DNA of 64,000 nucleotides, from the NCBI RefSeq assembly GCF_006345805.1, contig NC_043000.1, positions 150,102,001-150,166,000 on the forward strand, in the 5' to 3' direction. Below the pieces are notes generated by a model. That model was not told where the DNA came from. It saw only the letters and a program-made list of their open reading frames with translations, and made no database searches. How positions within the stretch are numbered: position 1 is the first letter of the stretch; every line of letters starts with the position of its first letter. Position numbers and translations under genes: made by a program. Of the stretch, positions 47,834-61,915 are shown piece after piece. The DNA comes from Octopus sinensis. Its lineage: Eukaryota.

Positions 47834-50800
47834 GTGAATATTGGTTACTTCTCACTTCTTAAATCCATAGCAAGTCAGAATAAACCCCAATTGGTATCCT
47901 CTAGCTGTGCACAAATAGATACTTCAATTACATACAAATTAACATTCTTTATGAGCTTCTTACTAATATAAGCAAACTAAAACCCTTCATTTATTGTGAA
48001 AAGGAAGTTATCTCAGTTATAAAAAAATAGATTTAGAGATACCTTATTAACATTATTTATAGAGTACTGGTTGAAATTGGTAAAATGTTTACACTTTATT
48101 TCAGTTTTTTTTTTTCATTTTTGTTATTCTTTTAATTTTTGTTTTACAGTTCTTTTGCTTAAACTTTTTTCACATTCATTTTAAATACAAGTTTCTTTTT
48201 TTTGTCATAAGAAATAATAGCTGTTTCAAGAATTATTTCAGATAACAGCTACATCCTGTCCTAAATAACAATAATCTCTTATGATAAATAATTTGTAAGA
48301 GTGGTTCAAGCTGTGGAGGATATTGCTAAAAGAGTTTACATAAATCATCACATTAAGTTTAAGTTTTAGGGATCATTTAGATTGTTCTTAAGCCACATTT
48401 TCACCCCACACCCTTATACTTAAAAATCAATTAGAAGAGGCACTTGTAAATGCATAAACTGAAAGATTATGAACCGTTGCGATATTTCACATAAAGTAAA
48501 AAATTAAGTTCCTTTGTTTGAATGAGCTAAGCAATATGGAAAGTAAAACCTGGAAATGCATAGATCCATTTACCTTATTAAGGACACTGAAATTTCTACC
48601 TCTATACTAAAAAAAATTATTTCTTATTTATGCTTGTATCATAAAATATTTCATGAAATGTAATTAGTAAATAAACACATTGAATAAGGTTAGGGTTGCA
48701 TGCTTAGAGTTTGGTCTGTCTGATATAATGCATTCAAATAAACTACAAGCAATATCAGTGTAAAAAAAAAGATAGGAAAATGATGAGATAAAACTGTTTA
48801 CTGAATATAAGATTAGATCATCTAAGCTAGGTAAAAGTAAAGTGTTATGAAGTAGTCAGTGTTGATAACTGGGCTTAAGACAGAGAAAGGAAGATTTAGG
48901 TACATGGGATTTGAGTTAGTACTTAATACTTATAACTAAAACTGCCAAAAATAAAAAAAAACAATTAACAAGAAGTGGTCCTTCTACTCTTTATAAAATC
49001 ATTTTCACAAGGAAATAATTATTGTTATGAACTAGAAATTTTCAGGGTGGGTGTACAGTCAATCAAGTCAACCTTTACCTGACTCGTGCTTATTTTATTG
49101 ATTTTCATAAGTGTATGTCAGCCTTGATAGGATTTGAACTCAGAACATGTGGGGTTAGAACTAAATATTACTAAGGATTTAAATCTAGCATAGTTTTGTT
49201 TCTACTTACTATTTTACCCTTACCAGGAAATAAATATTCTTGTGCAAATTATATATTTAATATATGATTACTAGATCCTAACTATTTTCTCTGAATATAC
49301 CAATCTGAGAAGAGAGAGAGAGAGAGAGAGTCTATATCTTGATTGTATGGGATTAGTTTAGTTAACACTTATTTTTAATTGTTACAGGTTTGTTGATGAA
49401 GGGAAGATATATGAAATGGGGAAAATGCAACTGAAATTAAGTTTTAATTGATGAAGGATATAGAAAAATATATTTTAGTTATGCAGTCTGTAAAGGTGGA
49501 ACACTGAAGGTGATGAGAAGAGAACATATGTATCAGTTAGTTTTAAGAGGAACAGTCTCTGCTTAACTATTTCAAAGATACATTGTATAGTGAAAGAACA
49601 GTGTGCCAGTGGCTGGAAAACATTGATGAGTGTAAGCTTATTCAGAAATTAGAGCCTATTTCTTGTAGAGTATGTGTTTTGATGTATACATGTTTGTAGT
49701 GTATTGATGCTTTATAAAAGATTAGTTGCTGTAGAAGACGCTATGAAACAAACTAGGCTTCCAAATATTGTTAGATATGTTCTGTTGGAGACAGGTTCTA
49801 GATTTTCTAATGGAAAAGTTGATAGAATTCATTATATACACTTATGTGTACGACAACTAAAACACTCTTTATGCAATTTTTAAAAATGTTTTTATTTAAA
49901 AACATTCTCTGTTTCATGTGGATAATAATTAACAAATAAACAGTCCCAGCTTAGAGTGACTTTAATGTTATATATTTTCTAAGATCAATAAGCCTACTAC
50001 TATTTTCAAAATTGTTTACAAGGTTGACATAAATGACCTGCTTTGATTAATAGATTATTCAACTTGTGGACTATTCTTTACCAAATAGTTTTGCTATTAT
50101 TCAGAATTAATACTTATTATGTCTTTTTTGTTCCTCTTTTCTGTAGCACCCTTGAATTTTTCTTTATTGTTTTTTTTTCTTTTACTTTTGTTCCTGTTTT
50201 ACAAAAGATACCTGACTATATAAAGCAGTCTTTTGTTAGACAAACTAATGCATACATTAATATGCTTAAGGCATAATACATTTGATGCAGCAAGATTTAA
50301 ATGCATGATCTTGTCCTTCATACTGCATCATAACTTGACTGTATCAGTAAAGAAAATCTACTGATTGATTCTCATGGTGATTTTTTTACATCAGCAAAAT
50401 AGATGGGGGTACAATGTTATAATATTCTTGCTTTTTCCAAGAAACCTAGTTGTAACTAACAGTTGAGAATAAAAGGATTTTTAATTAATCCTGAAACATA
50501 TAGAGTTATATAGCTTAACAGTGCAATTTGATACAAACTTATAAGAAAACTCTTCTGCATAATTCATTTTGTATAATTTATCCTTTAATCTATCTGATAA
50601 TAGTATGTCAAGGACAGTCATATAGAAGGCATTATTTCTATTTCATAGTACCAAATTTAGTTCCTGCTATTTTGAATTAAAATAGGTGTTGGTTTGTCAT
50701 TCTGATCCTAACAAAATAGTCAATAACAGTACACTGGAGAAGATGAAATTTTTCATCTGTTCTATGATAATATTGATAAAAGGTGGGGCCTAAAAAGATG

Positions 50801-52300
50801 CCCAATAAATTATCAAATTTAGGGAAAAATGAAGGATTACAAACTACAAACTGTAAAGATAACGACAATGTAACAAAGCTAGATTTGTGGATCATAAGCA
50901 ATTTTTCACTATTTCCTTTTTGCCATAGTGTCTGCTTACTGAGAATGACCAACAACAGTGAGTTCTCATACAGGAAAGAAATGTAATTTAGCATATATAT
51001 ATCATTAAGTATGGAGAGAAATTCATGTGGCTATATGCTGATACTTATTTATACACACAGATATACATGCAAAAATATCAAAAGCATATGTAAAGTAGCT
51101 GACATTAGAAGTAGCAATAATAGTGATTTCTCTGAAATAGGTGATACCTTTTTTTTTTTTTTAAGTTTTTAGTTTAAGAGTGAATCAGTTAATTCATCTT
51201 CGGTTGTATTACTGTTACTTCATTTGTTGAAACCAGAGGATGAAAGGCCAAGTTGAATGGAACAGGACTTGAGTTCAGATTCAAAATGAGCAACTCTGTG
51301 GCATTTTCATCACCTCTTCAACTCAAATATTAACAATAACAATGATAATTATGAACATGTTTACAATAACAACTGAATGTTCTATGTTGGTAGTCATTTA
51401 AATCCCTGTTGTTGATAAATTGAAAAAGTATGTAAAAAAAATGTGACCCTTTTGAAGGTTCAGTAACTTGTAAGGTTTCATAGTGAATATGTTAGGAGTG
51501 AAGAAGATTTTGTGAATTATTTCTAATTTCTGTTCATTTTATTTAAAGGTCTTAATAATGCTACATGGAAATGTGACTGGTCATTGATTCAGAGGAAGTA
51601 AATGGGGTTGGGGTAAGGGTCACGAAATATAACAATGAGTTTTAGTTTGTCCTTCTTATGCAAAATCTTAAAAAGTATAGAAAAACAGGAAGTACGACAT
51701 ATGTTATAGAATTGTGGAGGAATTATTTTGTTAATATGTATCTTGACCATATGTAAAAGACATCCCACTGACTCTCCCTCCCTCTCTCTCACACACACAC
51801 ACACACACAGAAATGTAATAATTTTGCAGAATCAAATAATTTACGATTTTAATATCAGTTTACAAGAAAGAAACATTCATTCCCCATTAAAAATATATTT
51901 TAATTTAGGTAAATAACATTTTCACTTTTTTTTTTTTTTTTACAAACTTTTGCTTTTGGTTGTTTTCTATTGTTTTGTGAAACTTTCGCATGAATTGCTG
52001 GTGAAACGCTTGCATGTACTTACTGCTTAAATAATCTTAATCATTCATCTATGAAATAGTGTAGCAACCCTACAGTATCAAGTAAAGTTCTGAACCTTGA
52101 TGTCCCATGTTTGTGGCACACTTTGAAACATCTCTGTACAAGTCATTGAGGACAATTATCCATCAACCAGGCATCACACTCCACCTAAGAACTATAAAGA
52201 TATGTTGTGGGCATTTTAGGTATTTAATTTGGAAAAATAAATCATGTTCTGAAATAGATTAAATGGAATCATTATTTACTGCTTGTGTGTATTTGTGTGA

Positions 52301-52302
<2 letters not shown>

Positions 52303-52356
<54 letters not shown>
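52303..52356. repeat. (GA)n microsatellite
   Basis: Direct reading. Confidence 0.95.
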
Positions 52357-52359
<3 letters not shown>

Positions 52360-52599
52360 AACAGATTGTCAGTATATTATTTTAGATAGATTTGTCTTTA
52401 TATGCTAAAAGTTTTCTTGATTTACATAATTAAATGACAAATACTTTTACAATGTCATATGAAATATTGGCTTCAGATAACTGAATCTTATCTACATCAT
52501 ATGATAAGCTTTAACAAATTATTTTTATTATATCAATTCTTATGTTTTTAAGACAGTACCTATGCATATCTGCTTTTGCATAATAATTCACACTGAGCT

Positions 52600-53370
52600 T
52601 AGAAAGACCACTGTTTGCTGATTGCCTGGTCCATTGCTAAAGATGTGTGTGATTGCACAATGTCGTGATGAATATAGATTGTTTCCAAATTCTTGTTCAG
52701 TCCCTTCTTCCTTATGTCTTCTTTAAGCATTTTGATGGTGTCAATGTACTGCTCACACTTCATAGTAAAACCTTGTTCCAGAAGAAGACACCCCTGTCAT
52801 CCCAAGACACTGTCACTATGACTTTCTGTGCTAATCACTGACTCTTGAACCATTTAGACCTTGGAGAACAGGAATAGTACCATTCCATAGACTAAACTTT
52901 TTCTCCTGGATCATAAAGTTACACCCACATTTCATTCCCACCCACCCACCCATAGGGTAAACAAACATCTTCATTGGCTTCAAATGCTTCCAGGACTCTG
53001 CAGATTTCCATCCTTATCTCCTTCAAATTGGGTGTCAATTGCTGAGGTACCTACTTTGCACATACTTTCCAATACCCGATCTTATACCACCTTCTGCAAT
53101 GCATTGTGACCACATCCAGTTGTGCAGCATGCTCACAAATTGTGACTCATCTCTCTGCAAATCAATTCCTCTTTTCTCTGATGGTTCATGCCAATCGTTG
53201 CAGTTGATAGTCTCCCCCTGTGCGGTTTGTCTTCAATACAGATTTCTTCTCCTTTGCTCTTGGCAGTGGTGTCATCTCTGTAGACAACCTGTAGCCTTCT
53301 ATGGATGTGGGACAGCCTGGACTCCTCTTTTGTCAAGAATTCGATAACAGCATGTTGCTTCTGCTTGGAA
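52600..53370 (-). mobile_element. Old degenerate mariner transposase remnant
   Basis: Minus peptides IHRRLQVVYRDD..EDKPHRGRLST (HTH region) and GNEMWV*LYDP (DETWV..YDPE-like). Boundaries are approximate. Confidence 0.65.
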
Positions 53371-53928
53371 CCTATTATTTATTGCAATGAAGAACAGGAA
53401 GAAAATATACTATAGAGGAAGATATACTATACTCACATATGCAATTTGAACAACCTATATCAATTACTATAAAAGTTATGCCCTCTTTTGCATTACTTTG
53501 GATACAATCTTCAAGTACACACTCACATACACATGATGTATGTATAAATGCTAAAATAAGGTTATTATACAAATATACATAACATTTAAAATTAAATCCA
53601 TTCCATAAATATTTGAAAATATCTTAGCCATTATAAAGAGATTATTAACATTAGGTAACATCTTAACTGCTTAATAGTAAAATATTAATTTGCTGGTGGT
53701 GATAGTGGGCTGTTTTCCTTTTTTAAATTACTTAATTTTCTGGTATCTGTCTCTATCCAAAGGAGCAACATTAGTTTATTTTGTAGGTATTATATGAGCT
53801 GTACTCAGTTCAGCAGTTATCCATCTGTTGAGAATTTTTTCCTGTCATGTTATTACTGGTATCCTTTGTATTTTTCCCTGCATTTTTAATTTTCCCACTT
53901 ATATACTTTATTTGTATCACAATATTAA

Positions 53929-54148
53929 CCCTTTCGTTACTGTATTTAATTTGAGATGCTCTGTGTTTCTTTCAATTACTTTAAATATAACAAAGAATTT
54001 AGTAAAATAGCTTAGTTATCATTCAGCTAGTGTTAGGAACATAAATTGCGACTAAGGTTTGGTGGAAGATTTTTATTCCAAACTTATGAAAACAAGACAT
54101 TTGTACTCAGAGCTAGAGCCGGTTTCAGCCGGGTTGGTAATGAAAGGG
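53929..54148. mobile_element. TTAA-flanked piggyBac-like MITE family 1 (220 bp)
   Basis: TTAA at 53925-53928 and 54149-54152; TIR CCCTTTCGTTAC / GTAATGAAAGGG. Confidence 0.85.
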
Positions 54149-55819
54149 TTAAGAGGTTTTTAGCTTAAGATAGAGGGTTCTTTTTCTTTTCTTTTTTTTT
54201 TTTTCTTTTTTTTTTGTGGTGTTAGGAAGAGATGGTATCCATGACCTTTGCAGGTTCTCCAAGACTATTCATATTGTTGTTTGTTGATGATAAGCACTTG
54301 AACCGCTGCAATTGGATGTCTGTAGATGGGAAGATCACCTTCTTGAAACTCAGAAAATGGTTTCAAAAACCCACTTGAAGTGAAGAATAATCAATTAACT
54401 TAAGCACTGTAATATTGATATTTGCTTGAGGCATGTAAACAAAAATTCAACTTTTTGAGATTTGAATGTAGAACACTGTGTTGTGGGATTTTTTAGTGTA
54501 ACTCTAGTAGTCTAAATTTCTAAATTATTTCTTCTATATCTTCATTTTCTTTGTAATTGAAATAATTTTTTAGAGCCACAAACAGAAACAAAGGATATGT
54601 CCGTTGTAAGTAAAATAAAATGTCCCTTGCCTTATACTAGATAATTTTGCTGAGCAGAACCATTCTACAAATAATTATCAACAATTATTTTTAAAATTAG
54701 AAGTCAGATCATTAGTGATACCAAAAGAAGAATAAAATGTTGTTATATCTTTCATAGGATCAATAGAATTATTAGTTAAGAAAATTGAACTATTCAACTG
54801 AAAATTGAATCCAAGCCAAAAAATCTCTTTACTTAAGTTACCATTATTCTATTTAATCTATTATTATGATTTTTTTTTTTTTTTTTTTTTTAAATATGTA
54901 ACCTGAGATCTTAGAAAATGAAATGACAAATATCAATGTTTGTGGAATCTTTTGTTTCTCATGTTTCAGTCAAACATGGTCAGTTAAATCTATTTAGGAG
55001 AAACTAATATTATTGCAGGTTTTTAAAATTATATCTAAAACCTTTTCAATTCTTTTTATTTCTCTGTTGTAATTTTAAAATACTTTTAAAATCTTCTGTA
55101 ATAACTATTGCATTGATATATTCTTTGTATTTTATTACTATTTATTCTGTAAGTATACTGGCAAATAGACACATTCTTGGAATGGAAATATATAACTAAA
55201 GTAATTTAGGCATCCTGAAGGTGACACAATAATTAATCTTAGCCAACATAACAGCTACAGTTATCTCTGCTAATCTAGAATGCACTTTATATAGAACCTG
55301 TTGATATTAGCTGTGGTCAAGGCTGTTCAAGATTTGTGATGCAAATAGCTTAACCATTTGCAACACTGATTTCAGAAAACCAGCTAACTACCTAATTACT
55401 GACAACCAAGTGAGCATGCAAGACAGATAGACTTCACACTCACCAGGAAATGGGATAGACAGATGATTGTGAATATTAAGTCTTTCCATTGACGAAGAAT
55501 GAACCACTCCGTATAGACTAACGATAAGCAGCTTTGGAGTTATATTGAGACTGAAAGCTCTCTCTGCTAGACATAAATTCAGAAAAGCTCTTAATGCTGT
55601 ATATATGCCAGGACAGCTTGCCACTGATATATATATATATATATATGTCAGAAGAGCCACTGACCAGATCTGGCACCAACCGGATTGAAAGTTACATGAT
55701 AGTCGAATGGCACAGTAGACAGAATTATAAAAGCTTAGAGTCAGGCCAGGAAAGATTGAAAGAAAGAGGGGAACACTATCAGATAACTGGAAGAGAGGCT
55801 AGATGTCAGGTATATTTAA

Positions 55820-56040
55820 CCCTTTAGCATTTAAACCGGACATATCCGGCCAAAAGTATTCTGCCTGTTTTATGTTCAAACTGGCCGGATCTGGTCTCTC
55901 ACACCAACCCTATAATATTGTTTTAAAAATTAACAGCTACCTCATCAAAATCTCATAGCTACAAGATAAGGCATGATTAGTTCAAAACAATTTGGATGAA
56001 GAAGCATTAATTTTGGAAGAATAATGTGAACACCAAAGGG
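55820..56040. mobile_element. TTAA-flanked piggyBac-like MITE family 2 (221 bp)
   Basis: ttaa|ccctttagcatt ... caccaaaggg|ttaa; inverted copy at 61916. Confidence 0.8.
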
Positions 56041-56263
56041 TTAATAAGGAGAGAAGCTGACTAGCAAGGGAATTAGCTTAGATATGTTGCAGTTGAGGTT
56101 TGTGCCAGGACAGTGTACTACTGACATCCGCTTCCTAGCAAGACGACAATGAGAGAAGTTCCTGTTTTGAGCAAATCACTCTACCTGGCATTGATTGATT
56201 TGGGGAAGATCTTCCAGAAGGTATTACAATATGTAATCAGGTGATCTTTAAGAAAGTTAGATA

Positions 56264-56665
56264 GGAGTGGCTGTGTGGTAAGTAGCTTGTTTACCAACCA
56301 CATGGTTCCGGGTTCAGTCCCGCTGCATGGCACCTTGGGCAAGTGTCTTCTACTATAGCCTCGGACCGACCAAAGCCTTGTGAGTGGATTTGGTAGACGG
56401 AAACTGAAAGAAGCCCGTCGTATGTATGTATATATATATATATGCGTGTTTGTGTGAGTGTGTTTGTCCCCCTTGCATTGCTTGACAACTGATGCTGGTG
56501 TGTTTATGTCCCCATTACTTAGTGGTTCAGCAAAAGAGACTGATAGAATAAGTACTGGGCTTACAAAAAGAATAAGTCCCGGGGGTCGAGTTGCTCGATT
56601 AAAGGCGGTGCTCCAGCATGACCGCAGTCAAATGACTGAAACAAGTAAAAAGAGTAAAGAGAGAG
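56264..56665 (+). mobile_element. SINE family A
   Basis: Matches 5224-5634. Confidence 0.9.
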
Positions 56666-57820
56666 TGGATGAGCAGTGTGTGAAAGTCAAGCAATCTATT
56701 TACAAAGATGCTGTCGGTAAGTTATGAGTTTGCAACGAGTTCAAAAGGAATTTAGTATGCTGTAAGTTTTGTCAAGGCTTGGTTCTCATCCCTTTCATGT
56801 TATTATAGTTCTTCAGGTCAAAACAGAGGAGTTTAAGATTTGTTTCATGGGAACTCCAGTACGCCAGTAACTTAGTTCTCATAGCTGAATCTGTAGAATA
56901 TTTAGAGGATTTTCAAACTGAGAAACAGAGCCATGGGACACCACAAAGTAAATCTGGTGAAGAGACGGCAAGTGACTGAATCAAGTCGCAAGAAAATATG
57001 CTGGAGAAGATTTGTTCAACCCTTGGTAGGATGTAAAAACATGAAAATGTTGATAATGTTTATGCGTATGATATGATGTACACCCGTAATTCATTAGGTT
57101 GTAGAGAGGCACCGCTTAAACATACTTTTACTTAAAATTTTATACATGTGTTGCCATAGTGTAAATGTTTTATGACTGGGTACTTCACCTATCAGCAACC
57201 ATGAGTCAACAAGAGCATCTATAGGGTTACTTGGACATACTTGAAATAACAACCAGATTTCTCTCAAACCATATTCTATCATCTTAGGTTATGTGCAACT
57301 GGAATGCAAATTAGTTTTGATTATTTTCGGTTATGATGTAAGATTGAGGGTATACTTGAGTCATATATTTGATTGAATGTTTCCATGGAGTCTTCTCTGG
57401 TGTTCATCATCATTTTTTACTTGAGTTCTTTGAAGGTTTCTTTACTGTTTTAGATTTCATTTGTGGAATCTTATGTTTTTAGTATATGTAGGTTCTGTTG
57501 TAATGCTTTCATTGGTTTGTGGTAGATCATCTTTTTATTAATTGTCAGTTGTTTTATTTTCATTATGCATCTTTCTCTGAGTTAGTTCTGTTTCAATTTT
57601 TAGCATCTTGTAATTGCTTAGTGTACAATGATATTACATATTTTTCCTCAAGAGACAGGCATTTCTGTTCAGTGTTGACCTATGAGAGGACACCATCACT
57701 GAACCATATATTACCTTATTTTCACATCATGATTGCAATGTTCTCACACTACTAAGTTCATTATATATCCTGACTTGGCCAGTCATACTTTTGTTGCTCA
57801 TTGATTTATTTATGTGTATA

Positions 57821-59161
57821 GAGGATTAGTTTTTAAAATGGCATTTGGTTTTATAGAGGATTTGTTTTTAAAATGGCATTTGGTTTTATAGAGGATTAGT
57901 TTTTAAAATGGCATTTGGTTTTATAGAGGATTTGTTTTTAAAATGGCATTTGGTTTTATAGAGGATTTGTTTTTAAAATGGCATTTGGTTTTATAGAGGA
58001 TTTGTTTTTAAAATGGCATTGGTTTTATAGAGGATTAGTTTTTAAAATGGCATTTGGTTTTATAGAGGATTAGTTTTTAAAATGGCATTTGGTTTTATAG
58101 AGGATTGTTTTTAAAATGGCATTTGGTTTTATAGAGGATTGTTTTTAAAATGGCATTTGGTTTTAGAGGATTTGTTTTTAAAATGGCATTGGTTTTATAG
58201 AGGATTTGTTTTTAAAATGGCATTTGGTTTATAGAGGATTTGTTTTTAAAATGGCATTTGGTTTTATAGAGGATTTGTTTTTAAAATGGCATTTGGTTTA
58301 TAGAGGATTGTTTTTAAAATGGCATTTGGTTTTATAGAGGATTAGTTTTTAAAATGGCATTTGGTTTTATAGAGGATTTGTTTTTAAAATGGCATTTGGT
58401 TTTATAGAGGATTTGTTTTTAAAATGGCATTTGGTTTTATAGAGGATTTGTTTTTAAAATGGCATTTGGTTTTATAGAGGATTTGTTTTTAAAATGGCAT
58501 TTGGTTTTATAGAGGATTAGTTTTTAAAATGGCATTTGGTTTTATAGAGGATTTGTTTTTAAAATGGCATTTGGTTTTATAGAGGATTTGTTTTTAAAAT
58601 GGCATTTGGTTTTATAGAGGATTTGTTTTTAAAATGGCATTTGTTTTATAGAGATTAGTTTTTAAAATGGCATTTGGTTTTATAGAGGATTTGTTTTTAA
58701 AATGGCATTTGGTTTATAGAGAGATTTGTTTTTAAAATGGCATTTGGTTTTATAGAGGATTTGTTTTTAAAATGGCATTTGGTTTTATAGAGGATTTGTT
58801 TTTAAAATGGCATTTGGTTTTATAGAGGATTAGTTTTAAAATGGCATTTGGTTTATAGAGGATTGTTTTTAAAATGGCATTGGTTTTATAGAGATTTGTT
58901 TTTAAAATGGCATTTGGTTTTATAGAGGATTTGTTTTTAAAATGGCATTGGTTTTATAGAGGATTTGTTTTTAAAATGGCATTTTGGTTATAGAGGATTT
59001 GTTTTTAAAATGGCATTTGGTTTTATAGAGATTTGTTTTTAAAATGGCATTGGTTTTAGAGGATTTGTTTTTAAAATGGCATTTGGTTTATAGAGGATTT
59101 GTTTTTAAAATGGCATTTGGTTTTATAGAGGATTTGTTTTTAAAATGGCATTTGGTTTTAT
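57821..59161. repeat. 35-bp minisatellite, 39 copies (GAGGATT[T/A]GTTTTTAAAATGGCATTTGGTTTTATA)
   Basis: Units counted manually; no unique spacers. Confidence 0.97.
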
Positions 59162-59894
59162 TGTAAGTTCAGTTGTTTCATTTTATTGTGTCTGTATTCA
59201 AAAGTTCATTTCATTTTGCCTTGTTGTTTGAAGAGATTATTTTTTCCTTATTCTTTCATACATGCTATTTAAATAGCATATTTATGTGTAATAGTCACAT
59301 ATAATATACATAAGATTCACTTGTAATTAGTGAGATCAGTTTGTTTTATTTCTATTCAAAAGTCCCATACACTTCTGAGTCAAAAGGTCGGTGGCAAGAA
59401 GGGCATCCAACACTGCTTCAGAAAAAAAAACTCATCCAACCCATGCTAGTATGGAAAATTAGATGTAAAACACTGATGATGATTTTCTGTGTAATGATCA
59501 CATGTAACACATAAAATAAGTGTCGTTTACTTACTGGAATTTTTGTTGTATTACTTTCTTTGGGTTACTTTTTTTTAATTTTGGCATTGAATTTGTTTTT
59601 GTTGCTTCTGCTGGTTGTGTTGTTGTTATTGTTTGCCATGAGCGGTTGCCTGTAATAGAGCTCCAGAGAAGAACTGGATGTTGCAGAGAGATAAGTATGA
59701 GCCACAGATGTGGTAGCAAAGAATACACCTCCAACTAAAATAGCAAAAAATTAATAGATCATCAGGGAAAAAAAAATTATGACAACTGAAATTGAATAGC
59801 CTGTTGTAAACATGAACATTTACAATTTGACAAATACACGAGAAAAAGAAATGGTAATTACCAAAATTTTAACAACAAAAACAATAATAATATA

Positions 59895-60316
59895 GGCGCA
59901 GGAGTGGCTGTGTGGTAAGTAGCTTGTTTACCAGCCACATGGTTCCGGGTTCAGTCCCACTGCGTGGCACCTTGGGCAAGTGTCTTCTACTATAGCCTCA
60001 GGCCGACCAAAGCCTTGTGAGTGGATTTGGTAGACGGAAACTGAAAGAAGCCCGTCGTATATATGTATATATATATATATGTGTGTGTGTGTATGTTTGT
60101 GTGTCTGTGTTTGTCCCCCTAGCATTGCTTGACAACCGATGCTGGTGTGTTTATGTCCCCGTTACTTAGCAGTTCGGCAAAAGAGACCGATAGAATAAGT
60201 ACTGGGCTTACAAAAGAATAAGTCCCGGGGTCGAGTTGCTCGATTAAAGGCGGTGCTCCAGCATGGCCGCAGTCAAATGACTGAAACAAGTAAAAGAGTA
60301 AAAAAAGAGTAAAGAG
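59895..60316 (+). mobile_element. SINE family A, full length
   Basis: Matches 5224-5634. Confidence 0.92.
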
Positions 60317-60537
60317 AATAATAGCAATACATCTTTTGCTTATGGAAGTGATTGGAACAGAAGATGGTCATGGTTGGAAGGTGCTTGATCTCATCTAGGT
60401 GGTGGCTCCTCTTTGTGTTGGTAGATTGCTCTTATTTGTTTTATTTGTATTTTTAATGTCTTCAGATGTTGTGTTATGGTTTTGCCCCATACTCCGTTTA
60501 CATATATAATAAAGACATGCACAGACACACATATATG

Positions 60538-60737
60538 TTAGTTAGTTGATTTTTTGGCTCAAAAAGCAAAAAGCAAGGCCATGTAGGGGGACATGGAGTT
60601 ATGTACAGGGTGGTGTTCATGTAAAGAGTTCAGGCCACTTGTGGTCAAGGGAGACTTTGAACCGAGCGGTCGTCAGCATCTTCACTATATCTCGTCCGGC
60701 AGCTTATTCCACGGATCCGCAACCTGGACGGAATGAG
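60538..60737 (-). mobile_element. CR1/L2-type LINE 3' end
   Basis: Reverse complement of about 7260-7455. Confidence 0.85.
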
Positions 60738-60944
60738 TTTGGTAGGTAAAAACTGAAAAGAAGCTCATCATATGTGTGTATAGATGTGTATTTCATACAA
60801 AAAGAGTATTGTTTGTCTACAAACTCCTATGTAGACATCTAACTTAGCTTGGTGGCAGGAAGTGCATCCAATTGTAATAAAACTTACTTCAGCAAATCCT
60901 GTCTGGCCCATACTTGTATGAGTCAGATATCAAAACAATGATAT

Positions 60945-61020
<76 letters not shown>

Positions 61021-61030
61021 ATATATATAT
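60945..61030. repeat. (TA)n microsatellite
   Basis: Direct reading. Confidence 0.95.
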
Positions 61031-61915
61031 TTATGCATAATCACATATCTTGTAACTTCTTTTGTTACACACATCGTATATTAAATCATAGACCCTCTAT
61101 ATATGCCTTTTATCATAATCAGTTCCTTGTTTCAGCTCATGTCTATAGCTGCTTCATCAAGATTTGTTTTGAATTTCTTTACTCACAGTTAGGAATTATT
61201 TTATTGATTGATCACTGCTTTTTATAGTTCTGCTTGTGCATGATATTCTCAATAAGTATATTGGTATCTATAATTTTGTTTTGCGATAATTTCATTCTTT
61301 CTTGAAAGAAGGATCTCAGCAAGTTATAAGAAATATTTTTTTCACTTATTCTCTGGACCTGTTTTATGGTATGCATCAAAGTGTGGCATGTGCTATTTAA
61401 TATCTATCACTATTTGGAGTGTATAAAGTTTGCTTGGCTTTCAATTTACCAATTATAGAAATGATCATCCTGGTTGTTATTCTTTCTTTTTCATCTTTTA
61501 GGCTTGTAGCATTTCATTGGGATCAAAAGATAAATGAATTTCTATCTCAGTAAACCCACTGATTTAAAACTCAGAAATCATATTCTCTGATAAGTTTTTC
61601 TAAGTTTCTTTGAATTTCCATGGTATATTCATTATTTTTGGTAAAAAAAATAAATTATTATTACCGCAACAAAACATCTGAGTATTCACTGAAACTCATT
61701 TTATTGTTCCCAAGTTTCATATCTGTATTTTTATATTGGTATCAGTTGATAAAGCATCAGAAAGTTGCCATCTGTTTTCTAATCAACACATTCAATTGTG
61801 CAACTCGATAGATTTCTCTGCAAAAGCTCACTTTTTACTATTAACAAGACAATACCACTCAAAATTGCATTAACTGCTTTCATTTGTTAGCCAATGATTC
61901 TTGAAAGTTATTCAA

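Noticed and set aside
56885-56979. Next host exon (AESVEYLEDFQTEKQSHGTPQSKSG...)
   Set aside because: Open only in phase 1, whereas exon 8 ends in phase 0 (phase 0 hits TAG at codon 4). No family similarity was recognised.
57821-59161. CRISPR array
   Set aside because: Units are contiguous with no unique spacers, there are no cas genes, and the context is eukaryotic. It is a minisatellite.
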